DNA from: Cyanophora paradoxa CCMP329
Taxonomy: Eukaryota; Plantae; Glaucophyta
Length of the DNA: 64,000 nucleotides
Reading direction: 5' to 3'
NCBI GenBank assembly: GCA_004431415.1
Contig: QPMI01000510.1
Coordinates: forward strand, 128,219 to 192,218
Each line of letters begins with the position of its first letter. Positions within the stretch are counted from its first letter, which is position 1. Below are positions 47,480-60,600 of the stretch, piece by piece. Under the pieces are notes generated by a model. It did no database searches. It saw only the letters and a list, made by a program, of their open reading frames with translations, and had not been told where the DNA came from. A program made the translations under genes and the position numbers.

Positions 47480-50400
47480 AAAATGGCTCTGATGGTGTTG
47501 TTATCTGCAAAAACGCAAGCGCGAGAGCAATGTGCAGGCACGCTTTTGCATGAACATCTAGATAGATGGAAAGAAGGGATGAAGAGCAAAGACAGCGTGT
47601 GAAGAGAAATTGACAGAGGGCACACGTTTTTCACAGAGGCTTCGTCACCATCATCGTCCTGATCCCTATTCATTGGTTCATTAATGACACGCAAATTATG
47701 AGCAGCATTTATGTAAATATGTCGATTGACACGACCGAAGAAAAATTGCTCACTGATCTCTTCGAGCCCTCCTTCCTCCTCCCCTCCTTGTTTCCCCTTG
47801 CTGGCCGCGCCAGCATGCTTGTTCCCGGCACCAGCATGCTTGTTCCCGGCACCAGCTGCAGATGCCTTGATCCTCGGCTTTTTGGAGGCGACGGCACTAT
47901 TTGCTTCGGACTCGAGCTCCTCCTGCATCGGTGGATCGATTCGATTAATGGGATCGATACAATTAAGATATAACGGACGTGATGCATCAGAAGCAGGCCA
48001 GATGTTGGCTCGGATGCACTCGTGTTAGCAGTGCTCTTTTGAAGAAGATTTCCTGCCCAGAAAATCGCTCGTTTCGCTCCGTTCGCCACTTGCATGTTCG
48101 GCTGCACCGGGACCGCAGTCATCAAAGTAGCAACGAAAACCATCTTGGAAAGACTACGTGACTTACAACCTGCGCGGCGTCAATCAGTCCGGTTCCACGT
48201 GCTGCACACAATCCAAGAATTCTGACTGACCATCTGCACCGCGATCTCTTTTGCGACGCCTTTCTTCATGTAGAAGTATGGAATCTGTTTCTGAACCCAA
48301 GTTGGACAAACAGATGTCACGACAACCAGATCGTGGGCGCTCTGTACGGCATCGCAAAGGGCCTCGTCACGAGAACACGATTACTGGCGCTCATAAGGTA
48401 GTATTCAACGCATGCACCTCCTCCAATTCAAACAGGTTGGCCCGTACAAGCTGCGGATTGACGAATGATAAATCCACACGGCCGACGTACAACCCTGTCC
48501 CGACTATCTCGGCTGTCGCATTCGGAGCCCCAACGTGCATCAAGTCCACCAGCTCGAACTTGTTGAAGCGCATCAGACTGTTAGGAATCGCTTCCGGTGC
48601 AGCAAGGAACGGATTCACTGCGAAACGAAATCAGGTACGTCAAGATATCGAAAAATGAACAACAAGTACTGAAGTCTCCGGGGCTGATGATTTGCTTAGA
48701 GAACTTATCAACCTCTTTTGCCCGCTCGACTTCTCGTTTCTGCATGCGTTTCATCTTTTTCGGGCCATTATACAAGGTTGCGCCGTTCTGTCGCAAGAAT
48801 GAGAAAACCGTGGACAGCACATTTAAGATAATGGCTGGCACACAGCCACAGTAGTCCTCCATTCCGTGGTGCGACTTTGAACAAGATATCTAACGTGACC
48901 CTTTAGCCATTCCGTCACAACCTTTTCCGTGAACGGCTCCTGACGTGGTATGTCGGTGAATGATGATGATGAGGAAAACAAAGATATGAACCGGTGCTGG
49001 ATTTCCGTCTGGAACTCCTTCAGGATAAACGCCGTTTGCTGTCATTGTGCAACAGGTGTACTTGAGGGCGAGAAGGATGCGTTGAATCAGCTCTGTAGCG
49101 GACCATCGGAATTTAAAAAAGATATCATATTCCGAAAAAGCGATTCGCACTGCTGTACGATGTTTTCATCTCAAGCCAAATGGGTTGCCCAAGTGCGTCC
49201 CAAATGGCCTGAAGATATACCATAAAATTGATACGAATAAAAGGAGACCGAGCATTGTGAATGAAGACTCGTGGATTCTTTTCGTCGCGCCTTCCGAGGA
49301 AAGAGAAACCTGAGCGTGGTTGGGCGTTTTGCAATGGAAACTGAATGGAAATCTGAACTGAATGGTGAATGCAAATCCGAACCATGCGTGATGGCCACGC
49401 AATCAACGCCCACAGGAAGCGCAGTGTCGTAGCTGTTTTCTCGGAGCTTCGCGAAGAGTGCAAGAAGAGCTTCACGCTGCCGACACGGATTTCATCAAAA
49501 AAAATGAATCCGGTCATAAGGACATGAAGAAAGCGAACAGCCATCGCGGATGACTGGTGTCTGCGGCTCTGATATTCAACGGTCCCAATCAGAAGCCGCA
49601 CTGAAGCCTCCAGCGTTGCCTTGAAGTCTACAGGGACTTGTGGACGGCCGCCGAAGATCGTGTTCGAGACGTCTGATTGTTTTTTGTCATGCGCACGTAT
49701 GTTGGTCATGTTTTGATCATGTGCGTGTGTAATTCGAAAAACGCACCAAAGACTCTCATGATATCGTCGACAAGAGTCTGTACTTGAAGAGGCCAAAGCT
49801 CCTCTGGATCGTTCGCAGGCTGCCTGAGAACCGATGCTGTTTGTGAGAGCGTAAGTTCTTCAACGTGCGATTGCAAACAGCAATCGAGTTCACCCCACGC
49901 ATTGGCGTTACTGCGACCGCCCGAAAGGCGGTGCGCAGCGAGACCCGCGTATGAGTTCTCCTTCTCCGACCCCTCGCGGTCGGATCCATCGTTTTTGTTC
50001 TCATCGTTCTTCTGAAGGATTGCTGTCGTCGATCTGCCGACTGTATTCACGCTCTGATTCTTCAGAATCTGCGCTTCCCATCAGTTTGCGATAGCAATAC
50101 ACAACAGCAGGACCACATTTCGAGCAAGGGAAGCAGCGTTCGCCAAAAGCGTCATCGGCTTCCACAAAATCAGAGGCGTAACCGGTGAAGAAGAAATTGC
50201 AGACACAAAGAAAGACAGCACCTTCAGAGGACCTCCTTTATCAGCAGTCTGAGGGCAAAGCACCGACCAGATTTTCAGGACCGGGCAGCATCGATATTCG
50301 AATGGTGAAACAACGGGAAATCACCTTCAACGAAGGAACTGCCGCTGGAATATTTTCGCCAGAGACGGTTGCTGCCTGAAAGCAACAGCAACGGCAAAGG

Positions 50401-51405
50401 TTTCAGCACTCGGGCATCAGCATTCGAACGCTCGAATTGCTGAAGAACACCGTTTTGAAGCGGCCGCCAGAGGAGTTTCCGGCCTGAACATGTGAGGAGA
50501 GCTCTTAGCATCGGCTGTCAAGTCCATAAAGCGCTGGGATGCATGCACACCGCTGGAACTGGAACGGGTTCTCCGCCTTTGCTTCGGTTTCCACAGTTCG
50601 GGACCTTTCCAATAGCTGCACATGTAGTGTAAGCTGTTATACTAGCGGGGACGAGTAAGACTGCGTACATTCAACGCAAGTATTTCTGGCCAGAGTGCAT
50701 CTCCTCGCCGCTTCTTGATTTTCTGCCAGAAGAGCATCAAAATTTGAAGGATCAATATCAACATCGTCTGCCAGCAAGTCACAGGAGCTGTACAGGGAAT
50801 CAACCTTTCGCAACACAGCTTCGTATTTGCAAAATGAATGCGCACGTGATTGAGGCCAAGCGTAGATCGATGTCGCGAACCTCCTGAGCAGCAGCATGAA
50901 GCTCTCTTACGCTCTTCATCGCGTCTCCGAGAACAGGCGGAATGACAATTTTGCTCGATATCGGTAACACTTCGTTGGCTTCTTCGACTGCAGCTAGAAA
51001 AGCTCGTTCGACGTTAAAAAACCTGATTGGAACCACGCCCGTTGGTCTAATTGCGACGATTGCATAGAAGGGAACCTAACGTGGGCGCACGTTGTCGTAT
51101 CATAGTTCATGTGCACGGCCGGAGGTTCTGCACGTCCACAATCTCTGTGGAGCTAATGAAACGATTGCAACAGCGGCATATCCACAGCGTACGCGTACAC
51201 ATAGACCTTGTGGAGCTCATTGAACAACGCAGTCCTCCACTTGAAGACATTTGCTTTTCGTGCTACGATTACTGCGCAGGCTTGGTACCGCGGAAAAGCG
51301 CACCATAGTACAAGCATGCGCACCATTTGCACCGCTAGCTTCCGCTGGGGTCGCCGGTAACGCATGCACGCCACTAGTGCTCACTGGCGGCCGCGGGCTG
51401 GCCAT
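47480..51405 (-). CDS. Element-borne multi-exon hypothetical gene B, divergent from the transposase; possibly decayed
   Basis: ATG at 51405 (MASPRPPVSTSG...) and a chain of same-strand ORF pieces bounded by splice sites. No domain recognised. Confidence 0.4.
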
Positions 51406-51673
51406 TGGGGCAGTCAACTCTGCGAACAGCGCTAAGTGACATTCTGTTGCTGTCTCATTGCTGCCTAGGAGCGCATCTCATCGCCTAGGTGCGCATCTCA
51501 TCGCGTCGCTGTACCGGGCTTCGGAAAACTCCGATCGCACTACAGCAAGACTAAGCACACTCAGAAGAGCTCAAGATGCTTACGGATGGTCGAGATGCTC
51601 CACGCCGATGTTTTCAAACTGCGCCGTGTACCCCCGGGGGGGAAGAACCTGGAGCAGCGGTGCGAACCACGCC

Positions 51674-54600
51674 ATGCAGCGGTCAGAGCGACTGCGGTGC
51701 GAATGTCAGAAGTGTCAAGGCAAGTTAGTGCGTCCTGAGGTTTTCAATGCACATCAACTGCTAGCGCACACCGGATTCAGTAGCAGCGATCGGCAAGTCG
51801 AGTGCCCTTGCTCGCGCTGCAATGGAAAGCGCGTCTCGTCTTGGGTGCAAAGGATACATTTGCACCTAGACAAATATGGATCCAGTCTAGTAGAGCAAGC
51901 TGCCCGGAGAGCTCCTGTAAGCGATTTCGTTCCTTTCGTAGCCGAAGTTCTTGACGTACCGATCCCGACAATTTCGGTTCGAGCGGCACTAAGAAGACGA
52001 CGATTAGCAGCCCCGGCAGCACTTCAAGGCAACGAGCGACAAACAGATTCCAATTCGAAGCGCAAACGTGTCAACAATAAAGCCGCTCGTATGCTGCGAA
52101 GGCTGGGTAGATATACTGATCGTATTGGTCCTCAAGAAAACGGCAATGAACCTGGACATGAATCCAATATCGTCGATGGCATCGATGGCGATGATCATGC
52201 TCATGAGGCTTTCGACGACCCAGCCGCAGAGGAAGGCCAAGCGGACGACATACGTGCAGACCCAGCTAGGGCGGATCAAGTGGATTATGGCCTAGAGTCG
52301 GATCAGGACGCAGCGCTCGACGGCTCAGATGATGAATGCACTACCAACAGGCAGAATTTTTATTCTGAGCCTCTTTTTGAGGGCTGTAAAGTGTCGGTGC
52401 GTGCTGGAGCATTCAATACATTGCTTGATATTGGCTGTATTGGCTTTTTAACTGTTCTCTAGCGCATGGATTACATCACTTTTTGCCTCGCATTGAAGAA
52501 ACGCTTTACACAAGCACCTGTTGAGATGTTTGCATCAATCAACGCGGCTGTGTCTCTCATCATTGAGGGCCAACAAACTGCAACGAGGCAGCTCGGGTCT
52601 TGGAAGAGAATGATTAGAGAAATCCAAGAATTCGTAGCGGTAAATAATCAACCACTTTCAATTTTCGTGTTCGAAACGTTAACATTTCCCTGCTCAGCCT
52701 TCCATCACTTTCAGGACATGTGGGTATAAAGAGACAAAGCACAAGGTGGCGATTTGCAAGACAGTCTGGATCGAAGACGGAACTGTTCCTCCAAATACAG
52801 TCTGCGAGTGTGGCCATTCAACCTATGCCGATGGTGTGGTGGGCTTCTTTTTTGATCCGACCCGGAGTTTTCAGCAGCTACTGAACAGTCCTTCGTATTA
52901 TCCCCGGTTCCAGTGCGTTGATTTCGATTCTGTCGGTGCGGCCACGGCTGATCAAATTTACACAACGGCGTCCAGTTACGGCGTTCGAGCAATACAGATT
53001 GGGGCGATCGTGTTCCAGATTACTATTTGCGGTCGCAAGAATCCGAAACCCAACATCTCACTGGCGACTTTGTTCAATCAAGACTTTTCTCTTCTCTTCA
53101 CGAGGAGGGCTGTGTGCGAATTTCGGACGGTCTTGGAGTTGTGTGCGCATACTCTACAGATTCCGCAGTGACGCACAGCTGGTCATTTCCACACCTACAG
53201 CTTATTCTGAAAACTGGACTCTAATGTCGTGTTTCTAGGTCCCACGGCGGCTCTTTCACCCCTGTGTTTGTGATACCTATGTCTGCGCATCCTAATTGGC
53301 GGTGCGTGATCATTATCTCGCTTTCCGCTTTTTCGCCACTTGTCTCACCCCGTTTCGCTCAGAACAGCAATGCAACGCCTTGTTTTTCTCATGGATGGGA
53401 AGCCGAGAAACTTCGATGGAATGTTCCGCGTATTCCTTACACCGTGGCTTGTTGCCAACCAGCCGCCGCCCCAGGAGTCCCCGCTCCCGAAAGCCAAGGG
53501 TTTGCATGCCTTATAATCTGTCTCTTTCTTTCAATCATTCAATACCGTTGAGCAGAGTGGGGTTTTGCAATCCTCTCACCGGCAAAACTGACAAAGCATA
53601 TTTCACAATGGCTCTCAATATCGATGACCTCCCCGGATGCGCAACGGCATTTATGATAAGTTCGCGTAACGCATCCTTGCGCGGCTTTGTATTCCGGGAC
53701 AGAAACCTAAACTTTCTGCAGCGTCGCACAGTGGCGAGCACGGCCATCCGCTTCGGAAGGTGGATTTCTGGAAAGCGCAGAGCAAAACCGCCGGGAAAAA
53801 CATGTTTCAAGCACACGATCTCCCGCTCAAACACTGGATGCGGGAGTTGTGCGTACTGACCAAGGATCATGATAGACCCCCATCTGCCCGAACGGACTAC
53901 TGCATGGTGCATCGAGCCGACGGACTGAAACGTTCCACTGCAGCTGTTCTGACACCCTTCGGTACAGCGAGCCGACGGACATGCTGTAGAGATCCAACGC
54001 CAAAGATGGTTTCGGAAAGAGATTACGCAAACAGCTTTTGTTCAATTTGTGAAAACGAAAACCTTCGGTAAACCTTTTAGAATGGATATAAGTGAACATC
54101 CTTCGAACGCGCCGTCCATTGAATTGTCTCTGACCAGGCGTTCAAGGCTTGCCGACTTTAGCGGAATGGCCACACTTTCGGCTCGGCCCCCTATGCGACT
54201 TCAGCGAGAGCGACTGGGAGTTCCTGCGGCATGGCGAGCTGAATTTCGACATGGGTGTTGACCGTTCAGGGGCGCGGCATACTGACGAATTCCACCTCGT
54301 CAAAACCGTCTGGCGGATGTCTTCAACTATCTTCGCGGCAACGCGAATAATGGTGATAAGCTCAGTCCTACCTCGATTCAGTGTGTCGTTGCATCTTCCA
54401 ACTTCCATTCGTGGTTGATTTGCAACGTACAACCACTAACTTAATTACTTTCGTCAATGCGAAGGTTAAGCATCAACATGGATGTTCTTGTCCTTTACAG
54501 GGCGCCAAGCGAAGCGGAAATACGCTGCGCAGAGCAAAAGATGGAAAAGGATCGGCGACTTTACGAAGCAGCTCTCCGAAATGGCAAGCCTCCTCCACGC

Positions 54601-56647
54601 CAGCCAGTCGACCTTGTCGCGGAACTCGAAGATAACGCGCCGTTTGCCTGGGAAGCCACTGAACGGCTGTACGATGCTATCGAGCGTGTTGCAAGGCGCG
54701 CACGATATCCGCACTTTTCAGGAACAACGGTAAGAATTAAATTCGCCAGACCCAATTTAAGTGAAGTTCGCAATTACAAATCGAGAAGAGCGAACTTTGA
54801 TGTTTATAATTAGGACTAGCAGGAGTAACCATGTGTGCAGATGGACGAACCGTCGTTTTTACGGACTGGACGAAACTTTCAAAAGTTCGCTATTGCAGAC
54901 GTGGCAGGCGACATTCTTCGCATGTGTCTTGATGCGGATATGGATAAACAGAATTGCCTCTATCGGATCCTCGTAATCAATCAACTGGACGTCCTGCACG
55001 GCATTGGATCGAAGGTAACGTTGAGAAAGCAAAGGCTCCGACACGTCCGTGACGTTGTAACAGATTGTTTATCCGGACTTCTTGCTTGAACTCCGCAAAC
55101 TAGCAGTTCTTACAAGGGGTGCCGAACGTCACTACGTACCGTGCCGTTCTGGACAATGTATGCAGCTCTCGTTGTTGATGCGTGCGCGAACCATTGCTGT
55201 AGCTTGCCTGCAATCGGCTTAAATGTGCGAAGAGTGGACGGATGCATCGAGCTGGGGCCGGCGCCAGCAGTTTCTTCCCGTGGAACGGAGCGGGCGGTCA
55301 CAATGTGAAAGTTACTGCAGGAATCGGGGCACAATCATCTCTGATAACGAGTGCGGCCCGACGAACGCAGGCAAGTTGTGAAAATATCTATTGCAATGCA
55401 TATTGAATTTCGGTATTGGAGACGTTTGAACGGATTTTGTTTGCAGGAAATGGGAGCCCTTGCCGTCCTGCAGCATGCAACAAGCGAGTTCTTGAACAAA
55501 ATTCCACACCTTCTTGACACGGAAAAAGCCGGTGCCATTCGGAAGGGCAAACGTGGCTACAGCTACGATATTCACACAGCTGGCGTCGAATACAGTAAGA
55601 AAACCAAACCAGAGCTGGGGTTCATTCTTGAAGGAAGGTTCGAAATTCGAATTCGCAATTGCCGCCGCCAGCTGCAGATCTAGAGTCTAGATCTGCCCCA
55701 CATTGATGACAAACTCGCATTAATTCTGCACAGTGATGACAATCACGATGAAGAGTACGGTGGCTTAATCTCTTCGTTTTGCGAGCGGGAGGAGCTGTTC
55801 GGAAATCCCCCGTATCTGGCCGTTTTCTTCGACCTCTACGTTGACGAGCGAGAGCGATTCATAGAGACTAAAGGCACCTGGTTCGAACCATCCGGATATC
55901 GATCCGCCCTTGTTTGTTTCTTCGTGATCATGATCAGCATGCGCACCCAGGCCGAGCTGGAATACACGATAGAACCTGTATTGCCGGAGGCTGGGCCCTG
56001 GCGTCCGATGGATCCGCACTTCTCCAGCATGCCTCGAGAATGGATTGGCGTCCACCTCGAAAGGGAACTATGTATCCTTGCTTTTACGCCAACCACCACC
56101 TGTTCATTTCCAGCGAACTCTCAACCGACAAGCACGACAGCTCATTCATGTCCTTTATCGCGATGGTTCCCCGACGGCAGCTCTGCGACGAGGGGGGCCA
56201 TCCCTACCCTATCATTCCCTCGGGCGAATGGGTTACCTCAGCGCCGAGGAGATCCAAGCGCATCCTGACCGGCGAGAGCCGGTCCGGCGCTATGCTCGTG
56301 CCAGAGGCCTTTTCGAGTTCGCCCACGCAAAGGCACCCGGGGGTGCGTTTCGCATCATTCGAGCTGCGGTCTACCCCTTCTCAGCTTGCTCGTTTATGCC
56401 CAACTTGAACTGCGACCGAATCGACATCACCAAAGAGGACCCTCTCTGTCGTTGGGTGTGGCCTGACACCATCGAGCCTTGGCGCCTGATGCCTCTCCCC
56501 GACCACACATCGTCGCAATTCGAGCGTGTGCTCCCTAACCCAACAATCGATCACCTTATCAGAGCTCAGCAGTGCTTCCCAGATAAGGGAGAGGTTAGGA
56601 ACTTTCTTGGCGAGCGGCTGCCGTTCACGTCCCTGCGTAAAACGTAG
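51674..56647 (+). CDS. En/Spm (CACTA) DDE transposase, multi-exon and divergent; 3' end uncertain (55089 or 56647)
   Basis: Two N-terminal CxCxxC...H motifs (transposase-associated type), an acidic linker, EPLFEGCKVS, C...CECG..Y...FFFD...FQQLL, first Asp in YSTDS, SFTPVFVIP...HPNWR, second Asp in IDDLPG, and a later FAWEATERL. The order of motifs matches En/Spm Tnp2/Transposase_21. Confidence 0.75.
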
Positions 56648-56725
56648 CCTACAGCTGCATGCGCAAGACGTCATTTATGCAATAATTAGCTTGTAACAAA
56701 TTTATTATTTCTTGTGGCCTGCGGC

Positions 56726-57403
56726 ATGCAGCCGCAGAGCCTCGGAGGCCGGGCCTTTCGGATCCGGTCCTGGTGATAAAGCACACAATCATGATTCTTC
56801 TGATCATGAGCCCTTCGAGCTCGTGATCATGAAGCCTCAGGCCTCGGTACCAGGGCGACTCGGCGAGCTCGACGCATGGCCAGTCATGATCAAAAGCTCG
56901 TGTCTCGTAGCAAGCAACCCTCCGGGCCCAGCCTAGAAGACACACGGCGCTGATGATGGGAGCTCGAGCCTCGAGAAAGCCTCAGGCCTCCTTTGAGGCC
57001 CAGGGGACATGCGCTGGTCATAGACTCTAGATCTGAGAGCCTCGGAGCTCGAGCTTGTGATCATGTGCATCGGATCATGACGCCGCTGAGCCTCACTGGC
57101 TCAGGCCTCGGCAGCTCCCTTTGAGGCTCCGGATCCCTGATCATGACTTAATGCAGCCGCAGAGCCTCGGAGGCCCGGGCCTTTCGGATCCGGTCCTGGT
57201 GATAAAGCACACAATCATGATTCTTCTGATCATGAGCCCATCGAGCTCGTGATCATGAAGCCTCAGGCCTCGGTACCAGGGCGACTCGGCGAGCTCGACG
57301 CATGGCCAGTCATGATCAAAAAGCTCGTGTCTCGTAGCAAGCAACCCTCCGGGCCCAGCCTAGAAGACACACGGCGCTGATGATGGGAGCTCGAGCCTCG
57401 AGA
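56726..57403. repeat. ~250-bp direct repeat pair (56726-56976 and 57151-57403) with a 174-bp spacer
   Basis: The copies differ by two 1-nt insertions and one substitution; rich in TCATGA/GAGCTC/AGGCCT palindromes. Confidence 0.9.
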
Positions 57404-57699
57404 TCCGCATGATGGGCCGGAGCCACTAGGACGATTAATATTTAATTATGCCTCTGTCCCTCATGATCAGCGAGGACGGCTTATGCACATGATGATCATG
57501 ACGTGCGTGCATGCGCGTGCACGTGTGAATGCCTGCAGGCGCAGTTGCTTCCTCATCAATTCAAATCTATTACTTCCTAATTCCTCAAAAAGCTACTCTC
57601 CTAATTCCTAATAAAGCTACATTCTCCCCTACACATAGATGCGATTCGGCCTTTTGCAATTGGGTCGGCGGCACTCGGGGCATTTGCATATTTGCTCTT

Positions 57700-60600
57700 G
57701 GCTGCTGTCGTCGAGGGGTTCCGACTGGAGGCCCGGAGGTCGTGAATTCGAAGAATGTGGGAATGTGACTACGTCAAGCACGTACCGAATACTTCACGTG
57801 AGGGGATCACTGGCTCAATGTCTAACAAAGCATAAAACCCAAAACGATATCTGTCACCAACCATCACTGGTCGAAGCTCGACGTTCGGTTTGCAGCTGTG
57901 ATTCTGCAGCACTGGCAGCCCCCGGCTGCCATATCCAGCAACCTGCACGCGCAGCCTGTTCAGCAAGTAGGAAGGGTACTTGTAATTGGAAGAAAGAACG
58001 GAATAACCAGTTGAGAAGATGTTTCAGTCGAACATGCGTTGTGAGCCGCGTAGCTTTCGACCGGGAACTTGCTCTGGACTGTTGCATTTGTTCCCAGAAG
58101 CTCTCCCAAAACATGCCTGCTCGTATTCTGGGGGCCCACTTCGGGTTCCGGATGCCAACACCACAGTCATTCTGCTCGTCGAAAACTTCACGGAAATACT
58201 TGAAGACTGACCCACGATCTTGAAGTTCCGATTTCCGCAATCGGTAGTGCCATAAGAGCAGTTGAAGGAGTGCACTGGTATTCGGAAACAATGTTGTGGC
58301 AAGCAGGAGAATCGCGGCAAAGAAGCAGACGTGACCCGTGGCCCGAAGCAGACGCAGCAATCATGGCTCAGTTGTTCTCTCACTGCCGCGCGGAACAGCG
58401 CGGTCAAAAATCGAACAGCGCTAGAACAACGCTCACGAACCGGCTTTTGGAATATGTGGAAACTGGAAGTTAGAATTGTAGCCTTGATAACCTCATTCAT
58501 CCGCTTTTTTGCCAGCTCCGATCCATCATGTGAAATTCGGGCCTGGTTTGGAGGGCGAGTATGATAAAGTTTCTGAACGTGTTCCAGGATGTGCGGAGAG
58601 GACTCAATTCTGGAGTTCTGAGCTCGGACTTCCGAGATGTACCTGCAAACGAGCACATGAAAGGAAGAATACGAAGCTGAACCTCCGAACCTGAGTTCAA
58701 GTTCTTTGATGTGCTCTTCAGGGGAAGCCGTGATATCGTGATTGATGAAACGCGCCATAAGGTGCAGAGTAAGTTTCTCCTTGATTCTTCGAGAGAAATC
58801 GGATACGTGTACGAAGCCTGCTTCTCGTATTCTTCTCATGCAGCTGCCTGTTGGGTACCACATCTGCAACGTCGGAGGCCTAACGGCGCCAGACGCGTCG
58901 AGAAATGTCGTTCAGACATTCAGACAACTGGAGTAAGAAGTCGCCTGCATGGACTCCGCACTGCCGTTAAGCTTCAGTACCGGTAAATTTCAGCAATGCG
59001 AGCAATTGAAATGCGACGACAATGTGAACGCGTCCTGAGCAGTTGACGTGGAGCAGGGAAATAAATCGATTCGACGACACGGTCCTCAAGTCGTGTTTCC
59101 GGCAACCAGCGGTCCACATCCTCGCATGCTCGAAAGCATCTCACCAGCGATGACAGCCGAGTTTTGAAAGTAGGTCCCAAGAGAATCGTAAAAAACCATT
59201 CCCGGCCATCCGAGAAACTCAAAAGCACGTGAGCAGTCCTTTGCGATGAAAAAATAAGCGAAACGATATTGTTATACGTTAAAAGAAATAGATTACCAGT
59301 GGAATGCCTCTTCCAATACGAAGGCGACCCGGGCGCTGGTTTGCGGTGCCGTTCCAGAGATGCAATCTTGGAGACAATGCTCTCAACGACATTTCCATGG
59401 AATTCTAGGGGTCGGATTCCAAGTTGACGCATCAACTGTTTCGCACCAACAATCTCCAAAACTGTTTATAATTATGCTCGAAATTAGGCATGGAAGACTT
59501 TGAGATGATCATTACGCACAATTCTGCATGTGGATGTCATTGAAAGGGTCACCCAGCGTGTGCTCTGGAAGAAAAGCGAAGCCTCCCGTGAATTCCGGCA
59601 ACTCCGGCACGTCAGCAAGCGGACGCTCAAGTCGTTCTGGTTCGAGGCGAAACACGTGAAATGCGTCCACGTTGTACGTTGAGTACAATCCTTGAGGGAC
59701 AGTTCGTGGCCGAAGCCTTGCTGCCTTGAAACTGAATCTGAATTCCCGTCGATCACCTTGTGGCGCAGCTGAGAATTCCCAGGTAATTGAAACGACCAAG
59801 AAGTCTGCAGTGATGCACATCGCGTTCCGACCATGGATGATGGGAAAGTATCTTTTGGAAAAACAGGATGTCAAAACAGCTTTGCTTAGAGTAAAAAGAC
59901 AGCAACTTGGACCCACCAGAAGCCGAGGCGCACTGAACCGCAAGACGGACGAAGATTGATTCGCGAATATCGTGTTCCATCACTTGATCACTAATAACAG
60001 CGTGCGTAATTCTGCATTCATCACATTAAACAGAGAAGTAGGTGGAATCCATATGTAAGAAAAAGGGAGCTCACCCAGACTTCCGAAGTCGGCAAGCCCG
60101 GCTTCGCCGATAACCAGCTCTGTGCGTTGTGTATACGCCTCGAGCAACGCAATCACTTCTGGGAATTCGCTGAACATAACGGATCGGCACTGCTGAAGAA
60201 AGGATATCTGAAGTTTTTTGAAGCTTGCGAGAAACATCTGCAAGATTTCGAATCCGACGAGTTTCTTCAGACGAAATGGAAGCTGCCTCTCCATGAGAGC
60301 AAATATGAGGCTGAGCTGCCTCAGAACGCCACCTGAACCTGCTCCTATGTCCGCAATCACAACCTCTGGCGAGTCCAGCTCCAAAGTCGAGTTCCCTTCG
60401 GCAAGACCCCCCGGAAATGAACTCTGCTATCGTTTTGATGTCACGAGGCCGAGCTCGCCATAATTCAAAGATCGAGAGAGCGATCCAATGGATGAGGCTT
60501 TCATGTTGTCTTGTTTCTTCAGAATGCTGGGCAGACTCTCCTTCCGGATATGAAACGCATATCGTACACCGCTCCAGCTTCATCCGCATAGCGACCATTT

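Noticed and set aside
56726-57403. TRIM/LTR mini-retrotransposon
   Set aside because: The repeats do not end in CA, and no PBS, PPT or TSD is evident.
58150-58185. ULP1/SENP protease motif (EQNDCGV), a common CACTA cargo
   Set aside because: No upstream HW or DS catalytic motifs were found at the expected spacing.
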